Assembly (NCBI GenBank): GCA_977016875.1
Contig: CDRNST010000414.1
Location: forward strand, 62,001 to 126,000
Reading direction: 5' to 3'
From: Pavona decussata
Lineage: Eukaryota
Length of the DNA: 64,000 nt
This document shows positions 49,657 through 62,022 of the stretch, in pieces. Positions within the stretch are counted from its first letter, which is position 1. Each line of letters begins with the position of its first letter. The translations under genes were made by a program, and so were the position numbers. The notes under the pieces were generated by a model. It was not told the origin of the DNA. It saw only the letters and a list, made by a program, of their open reading frames with translations, and ran no database searches.

Positions 49657-49663
49657 TATAAAA
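49657..49663 (+). promoter_or_regulatory. Candidate TATA box of the PAN/USOMP5-like gene
   Basis: TATAAAA about 100 nt before a candidate 5'UTR exon donor (CAG|GTATCT at 49754), with an acceptor tttag| at 49847. Confidence 0.4.
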
Positions 49664-49869
49664 TCAGCCTCGCATAGATTTTTGTGTTGGTGACAATCGA
49701 AATAGCCCCATGATCAAACTAACATGAAATCACGCTAAACTGTTCAGACCCCAGGTATCTTTGAAGTTGTTTTCCACGTTATGTAGTAAAGAAAAATCAA
49801 GATAAATATAGCTATTCCATGTCTATGTTCCTTTTTTCTTTTTTAGAACTCTTTTGAGCTCACAATCAA

Positions 49870-52800
49870 ATGGGAATTCATGAGATGGGTCTTGCATTCT
49901 TTGTGCTTTACTTGATACTCCAGATTTCTACAAATGTGGCCTCAGGCCAGCAGTGCAAACCTCCCGAGGTTTCGGTGTTTCGGTTTAAAAACGTAGCGGT
50001 TACACAATCTTTTGAATGTCAAATGCTCTGTGAGAACGAGCGTAAGTGCCAGAGCTACAACTTCTTCGTTTCGGAAAAGATTTGCAAGCTGAATAACATG
50101 ACAAAGGAGGCGAGACCTATGGATTATGTTGCAGACCAAACCAGATTTTACATGGGAATGTGGCACATTAAAGGTAAGATTAGCTCTTCATCTGAACACA
50201 CCTTAGCTTAAAACAAACAAAAAACGAAAAACAAACACCACCCAACGGAAAAAAGAAGTCTTCGTTGCTTTATTGCCTTGATGATGCAGGAAGCTTTTCC
50301 AGCCAGGTATGTCTGGTAGGCTCAACCTTGCTGGACAAGCTCCAGATCAGATGAAGGGTACAATATTACCGGATCCACTTAAAGACATACACAGGTCGTA
50401 GATCGCAAAGCCTTTACCTTAAGGGAGAACCCATCAGCAGATATAAACTATATACTTGCCTACCAGTGATTCCGGAAATCAGTTAGCGACACGAGAGCCA
50501 TGCGAGGCGAGGAAGTAGCTTCAGACCATCTACCCTTCAGACAGTAGATCAAACTCAAGCTAAAGAGTAAGGGATATACTTTCAAATTGAGCCGGTTCAG
50601 CGATACGTATAATAGTTCCGCAGAAAACGTGCAGGGAAGGAAGAAGAAAAACAGCAATTTGTGGATTAGTGTGCAGTGTGGGGCAAAGACTGAATAAAGG
50701 AAGCACCCGATAAGAAAAGTAGAAATTCCATGATAGGAAGAATACAAAGCATACGTACAAGATACAAGGCGAAGAAGTCATAGTAAGATCAGAAATGAGA
50801 ATAGGGAACGGCTTGATGATCTAATGGACGATTTTTCGAATGAAATAGGTAAGGGTAACAAGGAGACTTTATATGATATCACCAAAGACAACTGCAAAGA
50901 TGAGCCCCACATCTCAGAAGATGAAATAAAGAACATTTTGAAGAAATTCTAAACAGGGGTACTCCAGTGAATATAAAACTAAATACCACAAAATCATAGT
51001 TGACGAACCAATTAATGAAGAACAAGTAGCACACAGAATCAAGACGCTCAAAAATGGGAAGTTAGGAGGCATCGATAATACGGCTCCGGAACTCCTTCTG
51101 GTAGACGTAGAAAGTTTAGTTCAAAAGCTGCAAAAAATCATCAGAACATCACGCTAAGGCAGATTTGGAGAGGTCAACTAAAAAAAAGAATAAATTAATA
51201 AAAAGTATTTGGAAGAAAGGAAAAGCTAATTGCAGACAAATGGCAAAAAGGATGCCAAGATCCCCAAGGGAAGGGATGACGACGAGGAAGCCACAATTGA
51301 GAGATCTGGTGCCAATTTCCCTCACTTTGCAGCTAGTAGCTGAATCGTGGAGGAACCAGAGAGGTGAGATCGGAGGGCAGCATATGGAATGCGTTTCTAG
51401 CTGCCACTGCAGGTCATGTATGATCTCACCCGACCCAAACCAACGATAGCACAAGTCGGATAGACCATGATACCGGGAACTCTGTACCCTACTCTTTTCG
51501 AACATTGGCGAGGAATTACAATCCTGATAGTTGAAAGCACCGGTCTCGAGAAGATACTTAATTATCAGGGGATGAATGGAGGAGTAAATAAGAAGCAAGA
51601 CGAGAGTAAAGAAGGACTTCGGGAAGGGAGAAACTCCACCTATCATGAATGGTAGGCTTCACATACAATTTTCTTCATCTTACCATGCAAGAGGCTGGTC
51701 AAGGTTTTTATACCTCCCCCGATCCTATCGAGGCAGTAAATGTGTTGTAAGCGATGGTGGCCAAACCTCATCTTGGTTCAAGTTACAACGGGTGTGAAAC
51801 CAGCTACAGCTGCACACTAGCTATTGAACAGAGTCAACTTGATTCTGTTGTTATACTGCTTTGTTACCCATTCTCGAGTGTAGCTTGCATAACTTGCTCT
51901 GCATATCTCTACAAGCTACGCTCTATTGTAACTCACTGTTCTACCGGGATAGTCGACTTCGCTAAGTTTTTGGGTGTCCTCGCCATCTGGGAACATGATC
52001 GGCTTGTTGATTTTGCAGTTCTCCTAAGAACTTGCCTTTTCGTGTTCTGATTCTTAGACCTATGATTATGCCTATCTTCTGATGCTTAGAGCCTGATACT
52101 AGTTTCTCCAGAATCTGATCCGGCCCCGATCTGTTAACGTGAGACGAAGGCTACATCGCCTGCAAACTCTTTTCGTCTAAAAGCTACATCGTCTCCCTCC
52201 TGGTGCCAGCTTTGGCCGTGTTTATTTTTTCACATATGGTCCAGTTACTCTATGGATGTGACAAACGGAAGATAAATGAAAGATTTAATAATAAGCTATA
52301 CTCCTTCCAGTATTAGTGCTTCAGAAAAATCATGAAAAGTGATTTTGGCCACTCATTGTGTCAAACAATGAACTTATTATTAATTAGGAAAACAAGTCTC
52401 AGAGAATCAATGCTGAAGTGAAGAAAAGAAGATACAGATGACTTAACACAGCTGTGTTACTGCTCTCTCTCGTGGCAAGCTGATGTGAAAAGGACGGTAA
52501 TTACCACACCCAAAATGACAAGGTGTCGAACCGAACGTTCGTAGGGAAAGAAAGGATCCGTCAGTGGGCTGAAACTGTATCCCGATAAAAAGTTTGACAG
52601 CAGCTGGTTTGCATCAAAAAATTGCATTTTAAAGGTTCAAAATTCAAAACTACGACAACCATTTCAATGGTTCACACCAGGTGAAGGTCTTAGGGTAAAG
52701 TATAGTCTTAAAGATGGAGTGTTGAGAAAATTAAACTCCTGCATAAAACATGGAAAAACAACATTTCTTTTAACATTTCATAGAAAAACAACATTATTGA

Positions 52801-54680
52801 ACATTTCTTGAGTTCCGCGTCTATTGAATTAATGTTATTCCTTTTCAGAACTCAAATCATGCAAGGAGCTGCATGACGTATTCAAGTAAGTGTCATTATG
52901 TAAATTAACCACTACCCAGCGTCATAGTCCAAAGAATAAGGGATTATAATAGGCCATTTCCGAGTTGCTTTGAACCTCATTTTTAAAGCGAGGCTAAGTG
53001 TAAAGTCTTTATTATGAAAATTAGTTTTCATCATTTGCATTCATTCATATGAAAAGCACTCAGCCTGGATTTCATGATGAGGTTGGCAGCAACTTGGAAA
53101 TGGCCTATTGAGTGGGTCGTCTTAGACAGTGTTCAACGCATTCTTTGTAATATCTGTTCTAAAAGATCTCTTCGATGTTTAACAGGTCGCGCGAGAGTCA
53201 GGTAATTACCCTTAACTTGGAATCGAAGCCAACTTCAGTTCTGTGTCATATGGGCGATTTTGGGTGCGGAGCTGGGGGCTGGACCCCAGTCATGAAGATT
53301 GACGGTAATAAGGTATTAAATTGGTACTTTTTCTCAGTCTCGTTACCTCAATTCCTTCCTTGAAAGAACAACCCCTAGAGGGTAGTTTTTGGTTAAGGCA
53401 TTGTGAGCTTTGAAATAACGTAACGTTCGCAACATCACACCTAATCAAATACAATCTCAGCCTACCAGAGCAACGAATACTTTTAAAAATAGTCTTAATC
53501 TTCCTTTGCTTTTTCCTCAAGTGTATTAAGGCTTGACCTGCCTAATAATTTTACATATTTTTATTTGAAAGGGAAGCATTTGTCAAATATCCGTAAAACG
53601 TCTTAAACGTGGTAAACAATTTGTTATTGGTATACTAATGAATAGTCCAAATTTGTTATATTACAGTCTAGTCACGTGACCTGAAATTTTCTTATAACGG
53701 TTACAATCTTAAAAGTGAGGTACAGAAAGCTACGTTATATCAATCTTATTTGTCGCTTATTAGATTACTCCTTTCAAGGATTACTCCTTTATCATTCCGC
53801 CTTTTAATGATGTCGACATGTTTGCAGTAACTGTCAATTAAGGAAATAGGCTACGTGACTTGATAAAAGTCCAAATATCTTCAAAAGGTGATCGAGGAGT
53901 ACCACATTAAAAGGCGGAATTATGTTTCGCATTTTCAGAAACAAGTTATGTGACGTCATCAAGCAAAGAATGTCAAATGACACCTAGGATGACTTCCGTT
54001 TGATTAAGGAAGTCAAACAGATTATTGAATGAATTTCCTTTGGTCGCGCAAGTTTTTTTTATCAAAAGAGAATCTAAGATCCTTAAAATCTTTGTTGCAG
54101 GTCTTTACCTTGAACCGGCAAATAACAATCATTATTAATGTTTGTCTTTCCTTTCTTTAGAATACCTTTTACTACAATTCCAATCTCTGGAGGAACAAAG
54201 TCGACTTCAACCTTGCCGGAAGGAAGACTGGGTTTGACTCTCACGAGACAAAATTACCGACCTACTGGAACACACCTTTCTCCAAGATCTGCCTCGGTAT
54301 GAAGATCGGCCAGAATATCAGGTTCGTTGTCACCACTAAGCAGGCAAACTCTTTACATTCACTGATCGCTGACGGGCAATACCGCAGCACATCACTTGGT
54401 CGTGAGATGTGGAAGACGCTAATTTGGATCTGAAGCTTCCTTGCAGACCAACTGTAACAAGGAAGGCTTCAACGTAGTGGGTGGCGTAAATTCTCTTGCC
54501 AAGGCAGGAATTGGTATCCTTGCTAACGAACAAAACGACTGCTATTCCCCCGACTCTAGAATAGGGTTTGGTACTGCAGGCGACCCTGATGACTCCAGCA
54601 CATGTGGAAATGCGGCGAACCACGGTGGCGATAACGGCAACAGGAATATAAAGGGCATGGGTTATATTCTGGTTATGTGA
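49870..54680 (+). pseudogene. Secreted PAN/apple + fibrinogen-like (coral USOMP5-type) protein gene with a frameshift
   Basis: Exons 49870-50173, 52849-52885, 53186-53312 and 54161-54680 (GT-AG, in phase). Signal peptide; PAN C..C..CQSYNF..C.LNN.TKEARP; SCKEL; CHMGDFGCGAGGWTPVMKIDG; [19 protein letters not shown]; CNKEGFN; SPDSRIGFG; MGYILV. An extra T at about 54425 gives TGA at 54431. Confidence 0.85.
50280..52530 (+). mobile_element. Heavily degraded RTE-like LINE in an intron
   Basis: APE-like DTRAMRGEEVASDHLP at about 50485; RT-like INEEQVAHRIKTLKNGKLGGIDNTAPELL at about 51010; 3' region INAEVKKRRYR at about 52410. Confidence 0.65.
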
Positions 54681-54917
54681 AAAGTAAATGACGAAGCTGA
54701 AAAGCCACGTCAATTTTCCAAACATACACACATTTTTTAAAGCATTTTTTTTATCTTAAATGTTGAGGATTTCTCTAGACCTTCGACTTCTTAAATAAAG
54801 GTTTACGCTGACCTCAACCGTACTCAAGCTTCTCTGAATTGAAGCTTCTTTCATTGAATTTTAACGCAAAAAAATACAAAAAACTAAATACTCGGGTGAT
54901 TAATTATGATGACTTAA

Positions 54918-55311
54918 GGACGGTGCCTACTAATACCGAAGTATTTTTGCCTAGTTTATGACTATGCGGGAAAAGTATATCTCAGCAGGGGCTAGTGGAA
55001 TCCAAAAAGAAAACTGGGTGTAACCATGCATTTTATAGAGATAATCAAGCAGAAATATAATTTTAAAAAGTGATAAATACAAAGCAATGTATGGCATTTT
55101 TTCCCATTTTGAAGCTCTATTATCTTTGAAAAATACATGGTTACTCCCAATTTTCTTTTTGGATACCAGCAGTATTTGCTAAGTTCTGCTGTCTTCGCAT
55201 AGTTTTAAACCACACAAAAATATCCCTGTATACGTAGGAACCACCCATAGGAGACTTGAGTATCTCGAGATGCGCAGAACGTAAGCGCAGTAACAACAGT
55301 AGGCATCGTCC
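54918..55311. mobile_element. TTAA-flanked MITE (Kolobok-type termini)
   Basis: TTAA|ggacggtgcctact ... agtaggcatcgtcc|TTAA. Confidence 0.75.
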
Positions 55312-56149
55312 TTAACTAAACATATAACAGAATTATGAAGTGGTACGATATGTTTTTACAATGTTTAAGAACACTACTCTGTAAAAATCAAGCAAAGTAG
55401 GAAATGAAAATTTTTGACCCCCACTCAAATCTGGCATGCAGAAAGATCTTCAGGAGGCATGTTCCAAAATGCTCTTTATTATTCAAAATGCCCTTCCGTT
55501 TGGAAGCACTGACAAACATTGGAAACACAGCAAGAGACACCGGGTAAGCTTTCTCAGACTTTTATTTTTTGTGGGTTTTTTAAAAAAGTGGGAATATTCT
55601 TGTCTAAATTTCGATTTAATCTTAACGCCATATAAACTCTTATATCACGCTTGCATGGTTACCTGTGTCACATACACTTTGGTGATCTGTGTTTCAAGCA
55701 AAGTAAAGATTTAGATTTTAAGATAGATTTTAATTAAATTTGAAGTTTTGTTATAAGGTAGCTAAACTGCTGTTGTAGTTTCTGTAAAGCCCAGGTTGAG
55801 TGATCCTTGTAAAATGTCTAAAGAAGCAGAAAAACGTGTGTTATTCTTTGAGTCCAGCAACGAACTATGTATGTTGTATTAGTGGAACAATTAACCCAGC
55901 CAAACCTTGAAAGGGTGTGGGAAAAGCATAGAATGCCTGTTAAATTTGAGCGTTTGATAACGGTCTAGCAGGACCCTTATGTACGAACCATGGCGATTGA
56001 TACCGACATTACCTGTAATGGTTATGAGACGCTTGTCTGTTTCGGCGTCTTACAAATTTTATGAAATAGAAGAAATATCCTCCCAGTTAGCACGCAACAT
56101 AACATAACTTTATTATTTATATAGCGCAAAATACATGGGTATATGATCT

Positions 56150-56910
56150 AATGGTCTAGATAAAAGCAGTGAGGAAATTCATTTTATGAAAAACAAGACA
56201 CTCCTGAGTTTTACAACAGACATGTTTCGGCAGTTGCCTCTGCCATCTTCAGTGTGAAATGAACTCGTAACAAATTACAGTGGAATATAAATGCTAAAAA
56301 AAATACAATAATAATAGAAACAATTAAGACAATAACAATAGTAATACAAAATTAAACAGAAAGTTTTAAATTAACGTGTTTGATTTGTGCGTTGAATGTA
56401 GATTTTTCCCAAACTATGTGCAACGCCTCTTTGATTTTAAGGGCAAACCGCGTGGATGCCTGATCGATGATGGCAAAATTGTCGCGGGAGCATGCAGAGC
56501 GACATGCTGGCGAAGTCTTCAGATGTTTGAAGATGTGTGAGGCCCTTTCCGTTTTCAAGTGTTCCCTTACACGTGTGTTGAAATGTCTGGTGGTCTCACC
56601 GACATAGCAAGATGTACAGCCTGCGCACGAAAATTTATAAACCACACATGATCGGAGTCCATTGGGGATAGGGTCTCTCACAGTAAAGAGGCTACCTACT
56701 TTGAAAGAGGAAAACGCTAACACTTTTTTTGTATTATTTCAATAGAAATGTGAAAGTCGACGAATGCGCTTTTGAGCGATGCTAGAAAAATAACCCATGT
56801 AGGGTAATTTGAAATAAAAGGTATTAGGCGCTTGTTCATCAGTTGATCTTACATAGTTGCCTGTTACTTACTGAGTGACACTGTGGTTAATGATTTTTTC
56901 TATTAGCTTG
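56150..56910 (-). mobile_element. Penelope-like element 3' fragment (GIY-YIG endonuclease + pLTR)
   Basis: VVYKFSCAGCTSCYVGETTRHFNTRVREH...LKIKEALHI..K..FNAQ (56352-56723). Confidence 0.9.
56216..56255 (-). ncRNA. Minimal type I hammerhead ribozyme (Penelope pLTR)
   Basis: Minus strand: aca-CUGAAGA-u-GGCAG-aggcaa-CUGCC-GAAA-cau-GUC-ugu. Confidence 0.75.
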
Positions 56911-57121
56911 GAAAGATGATCTAATGCGCTTTACATTACAATGCTTATAATACTACAATGTTACAGCTTTTAAATGGTTAATAAATGGATACTAAATAAA
57001 GAATATCACATATATATATTTATATGCATACAAAAGATCTGTGTTAAAATACTACAAGTCATAAGCTAAAGGCTAATTTAAAATAATGAGTTTTCAACCG
57101 TGCCAAAAGCAGTTGCGAAAA

Positions 57122-58189
57122 TAGACTGCAAGCAGTCCCTTTCTGGATAGTCGAGAGGTCGCGCGAAATAGCCGAGCGAGAAAAACCTGGAGCAAACGAG
57201 CGGAGGGGAGCTTGGGGAGAGGCGTGAAAGAGGGGAAAGGAAAAGAAAGGGACTGCGCTCTTAGCTGTAACAGATGCGTTTAGGGTAACTCCGCCCACAA
57301 TTCGTTAAACCCATTAAAAATCCAATTTACTGAATGACAGCTAATAAATAACAACTCAACATTGTTATTCAATCACCAGAATATAGGAGCGAACAGGAAG
57401 AATCGCCGAGCTTGGGCATTGATCCAAGCTTCTCTGAAAAGCCAAAATCTCTAGAAGTTGTGGTGCATTTAAATTTTTTTTCGAGGCCCAGAGTAAAAGA
57501 AATCGACGACACAAACGCCCGAAGTGTAATTAATTCTGCCGACAAAGCTTGTTCCGCGGATGCGAAAATTACATTGTACTAGTTGACACCAATGTCTTTT
57601 AATAATTTTGGGATCTTGTCGAAGGCAACTGCTTTTAAACCAAAGTCATTTGACTGCAACTGGTCTTCGATAATACTGCAAAGCGGAACAACAACCACGA
57701 TCGAAGCCGTGATGGCAAAGTTTTTCGCTATTTATTATGCAAAGCTTTGATATATAATGGATTTCCCAAAACCAGTGGGAAGAACGGCCATTACATCTTT
57801 TCCCGACAAGAGCGCTTCTACTGCTAGCTTCTGTCCCTCTTTGAGAACTAAGCCGCCGACTTGATCGCTTAAATTTACGAAGACATCGCTGCTACTCTCT
57901 TTCACGACTGAAACCATTTTCTTAGTGATCTGAAGTGTTGACATCAAACGTGTGAAGAAGTTAATTACACATCAAACTTGTTTGACAGCAGCTATTGTTT
58001 ATGGACCAATCGGAATTTTCCGTTACTGGAGCGACGGGAAATTCGAACGCGTTTGTTACAGTTAGCAGCGCAGTCCCTTTCTTTTCCTTCTCTCCCCCAG
58101 TCTCTTCTCGTTTATTTCTCCTCGCTCCAGTCTCGCTGCGCTGTGAGCGCACCCTCTCGCCTGACCAGAAAGGAACTGCTTGCAGTCTA
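57122..58189 (-). mobile_element. AcademH-type non-autonomous DNA transposon with a RecQ-helicase fragment
   Basis: TTGCGAAAA|TAGACTGCAAGCAGT ... ACTGCTTGCAGTCTA|TTGCGAAAA (9-bp TSD, TAG..CTA termini). Internal minus frame reads LKEGQKLAVEALLSGKDVMAVLPTGFGKSIIYQ*..VVVVPL..IEDQ..IFASAE. Confidence 0.88.
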
Positions 58190-58920
58190 TTGCGAAAAGA
58201 AAGCCTGACAAAATTTTAGGCTTGAACGAGATTCGAGCCTATGACCACTGGCTCATTATATGTTTGATTGAAATCTCGAGGTGTGAGTTCACTGTTTCGA
58301 AATGGGTAATTTTGGCAGGTACTTAAGGAGGCTGGTAGCTAAACAGTCAACTCACTTTATTGCGGACACCCTCGGGACCGCGAATTAGTGTCCTTAATAG
58401 CGAGGGTCCGTAAAAGTGGGAATTTTTTTCAGTCAAACATGTCTAATATATTTTTGCCGGAGGGTTAGCTGCTGCCCGTATTTTCGAGCCTGTGTTTGTT
58501 TGCGCTTGCGCTTGCATTTGCGTTGCGTTTGCGTTACAAGTGTGAATCAGCCCTTAGCAATGGTTAAAATTGTATCATGAAGATATCACAACAATCTGCT
58601 TTTATTTCTAATCTATACTCAAGTGGTGCACAAAGCAGCAGTAGCCAAGTTAAAAAAGTCAAAATAACACACTTCCTTTACATTAAATATTGCGGCGTAC
58701 TAGACACACAACGATAATTACTGGTGCAGTTTGCAAACCTAGACTTCTTTTTGACTAAGCTTTTATCTTTTGTAATCAATTACAGCAATCAGAAATATTT
58801 TGGCCTGATTATTGAGGTATTTTTTTCTACGCACCAATCAAACGAACGCATATCAGCGACATTTCACCACACTTTTTATCACGTTACTTATAAAAGCATT
58901 ATACTAAAATACTTATGCTT

Positions 58921-59394
58921 ATCAGATCACAGGCTGACCACCCTCTGTTTGTGTGGTGTAATGACTGTTTGCAACTTGAGACTTAAAGTCATCTTTTAAC
59001 CTTTATGTTGAAAAAAAGTTTCAAGGAAATGTTGATTGAGTCACGCGTGGTGTTTTTTTCCCCATTCCGAGCCGTAGAAACCCTCCTTTGGCGCGTTTAA
59101 TGTTTTACAGTGTTGCCGGCTGAAGGCTGGTATACCGGCCTTCGGCCGGCAACACTGTAAAACATTAAACGCGCCAAAGGAGGATTTCTACGGCTCGGAA
59201 TGGCAAAAAAAACACCACGCGTGACTCAATCAACATTTCCTTGAAACTTTTTTTCAACATAAAGGTTAAAAGACGACTTTAAATATCGCTACTCAGTAAA
59301 AATTTCAACCCATCGTGTCGCGAGAATATAAAGTCTCAAGTTGCAAACAGTCATTACACCACACAAACAGAGGGTGGTCCGCCTGTGATCAGAT
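58921..59394. repeat. Spacerless palindrome of about 470 bp (fold-back element)
   Basis: Centre GGTA|TACC at 59132/59133. The arms pair nearly perfectly; the right arm has an extra segment of about 45 nt (59284-59331). Confidence 0.92.
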
Positions 59395-60002
59395 TAACTC
59401 AAACCTTGTTACAAAAGCAACGAATGTACATTTTAGAGTTCAGGAACTCAAGCCATGCATTAAATTTATATATAGTACATAGCATTGTGGTGCAGTCAGA
59501 GACAGCAGCCATCTTGGATCTGTCATCTTGTCTTTGCCGATTTTTAAAATATCCAAAACCTCTGGAAACCATTCGAATTTAAAAAAAAAACATGACCGTG
59601 AAAATGCCGTTTCAATGGAGAGAAAATGGCACGTAGACAATTAAATGTCATACCAAACATTTTAGGAACTGCCACAAAGTTTGGTTTTGCTTGGTTTTTT
59701 AAGGGTTTGAAATTGGTGTGGCTTCTTTCTTGACTCCCAAATAGCCCACTTTGAAAATGAGTGATGGCCTAGGTCGAGGGTAACTGCCCAAGCGATTGTG
59801 GGATTGTTTGGGGGACGATGAATGCGATGGTAATAGCTAACGTCCCCCAAACCTTCCCACAATCGATTGGGAAGCTGCTTTCGACCCAGGCTATCGCTCT
59901 CTTTCAAAGTGGGCTCATGTTTGATCTTTTTTTAACAATTTCAACTGCAACCAACTCCCTTTACTGTGGACACCCTCGGGACCGCAAGTTAGTGTCCTTA
60001 AT

Positions 60003-61304
60003 CATGAGGAGCCGCGTAGAGGTGTTAAAACTAATTAGGTTGAGTGACGGTTGCTATGATCGAATTCCTGTTCGAAAGCAGCAATCTATCAACAGTATAG
60101 TAAAGAATCTTTTTCAGTCGCGTGTAATGTCTGGATCGAGCTTGCCGCAAAGCAATGAAGTTTTTGTTACTAGAAAGCTTGGCTTCTGTGGAAACGCACA
60201 GTTAACTGGAAACGAAAACTCCTGTGATCTGTCCAAAAGCCTGACTACACATCGACTGTCGGAAACGGAAAAATGACGATTTTTGCTAAAGGTTTTCGTT
60301 TCCCGCCAATCTAATTGGCGCGCTAAATGATCCTAAATCGACGAACCATAACATGAATGATTTGTTCGCCCATGGTCTCTACGATGGAAATTTAGAGTTT
60401 AATTTTCGGCAAGCTAATTTTCCTCATCATTTTCCAATAATTGAATGAAAAATAAAGTCAATCGTCATCCTCCAGTGGTCCGCAAAGGTAAGTGCGATTT
60501 TTATGTTTACGTTATATATTTGATCAGCACTCGCGAATTCGTGATTTGGGAAAAAGTGTAACGGCGTCGATCACCAGCTTCCATTTCCCACGTGTGTAGG
60601 AACTCTTACAATCAGAGTCAAAACAAAATATATTTTTAAAATGCCTGTTATGATGATATTGTTGCGGTACCGTGTTACTGTACACGTTAGTATTTCAGAC
60701 GGTAAGACCAAAATAAATGATAGATACTGGCAATCAATGTTCACCACGCTGAGTGCGACAAAAGTGTCCAAAATACCGGTTAAATATTTATGGTTTTATT
60801 GTGTAAAGGTAAAAGACATACATGATACTGTTAGGTCACAGTTGTTCTCTCGGGTGTGTCGCCTGAGAACAATAAGCAATCGGGTGCGTCGCCTTTGCTT
60901 CGTGAGCTAACTCCGATAATAATATTAGAAATTTCTTCACAGAGAGATTTTAAACTCGGCCGTTCTTATCTCGGGTGAGTCGCCTGATAAGGACGAGCAA
61001 TCGGGTGTGTCGCCTTTGCTTTGCCGTGTTTAATACTCGCTGCACATCGACGATAAATTTATTTTTCTCCGGGTTTTTGAATTTTCCGGAGGTTTTTGAC
61101 TGAACCGGAAATATTCGACTGCACGCAGTGAGTGAATGTTGATTGCTGTAAACTTTTTACAACGTTAACGCACTGGAGCTCGTATTGCACCGAAAATGTG
61201 GTTCTAAATTGTCAACAGCACTCCCGTAAACAATAGGCCTCCTGTAGTGATCGAGGAAAAATTTGGATGGCAAAATCGGTTGCTAAGGCGTGCGGCTCGC
61301 CATG
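60003..61304. mobile_element. 1.3-kb TIR element nested in a MITE
   Basis: Termini CATGAGGAGCCGC / GCGGCTCGCCATG. It interrupts a MITE (59941-61435) whose uninterrupted relative is at 58344-58490. Confidence 0.65.
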
Positions 61305-62022
61305 AGCGGCAGTAGTTCATAGCGGAAAATAATTTCAGTCAAACGTCTAAAATTATTTTTGCCGGGATTTAGCTGCTGTCCGTATTATCGGGGTGTCCGT
61401 AATATCGAGGTGTCCGCAAGGCGAGAGTTGGCTGTGGCTGTAGTTCTCTGACGCCCGATTTAGAAGAGAACATGCGCAACAACTGAGAATATATGCCTAT
61501 CCTGACTGGCGTCCATTCACTCGCTATCGTATTACGTATAATGTAAACTGATTTCAGGGGCATTCAACGAGAAAATTTTAGGAAAATACTCAAAACGTTG
61601 TCTTCTCTGTTCTAAGATCGTTTTGTAGCCTTTTTTAAAGGCATATTTGTTTAAAACTAATACAGTATGATCTGTTTGGACGCTATAGCCCAAAATTTTA
61701 GTTACAGAAAGTTTGTTAATAAGTGAACGGAATTCTATACCCCGAATTTGCCAGCTCTCCTTTTACCATTTTTAGCGAAATAAAAACGAAAAGAATTAGT
61801 TTTCCAGTGCTGCTAGGTTTTTAGTTTCAATTTTACTAAAATCAAATATTTGAGGCGATTAAGGCCTTCTGAAGAGATGTTCACCAAACTGAATCGTCGA
61901 GTGCCCCTGTGATTTGTCATTCATACCTCGTAACATCGCTACCTTGTTTCTGTCTGAAACTTTAGCAATTATAAATGGCTCTGTTACTGACAAGGAAAAA
62001 CAAAGCAAAACATGATGCAGCA

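Noticed and set aside
51149-52050. ORFs of 94-165 aa in the PAN gene intron
   Set aside because: No recognisable domain; they lie within degraded LINE sequence.
57735-57947. Host RecQ/BLM/WRN helicase gene
   Set aside because: Only motif I/Ia with stops, inside an Academ-type element with TSDs.
60850-61021. CRISPR-like repeat-spacer pattern
   Set aside because: Only four short degenerate repeats, spacers are themselves duplicated, context is a eukaryotic transposon, and there are no cas genes.
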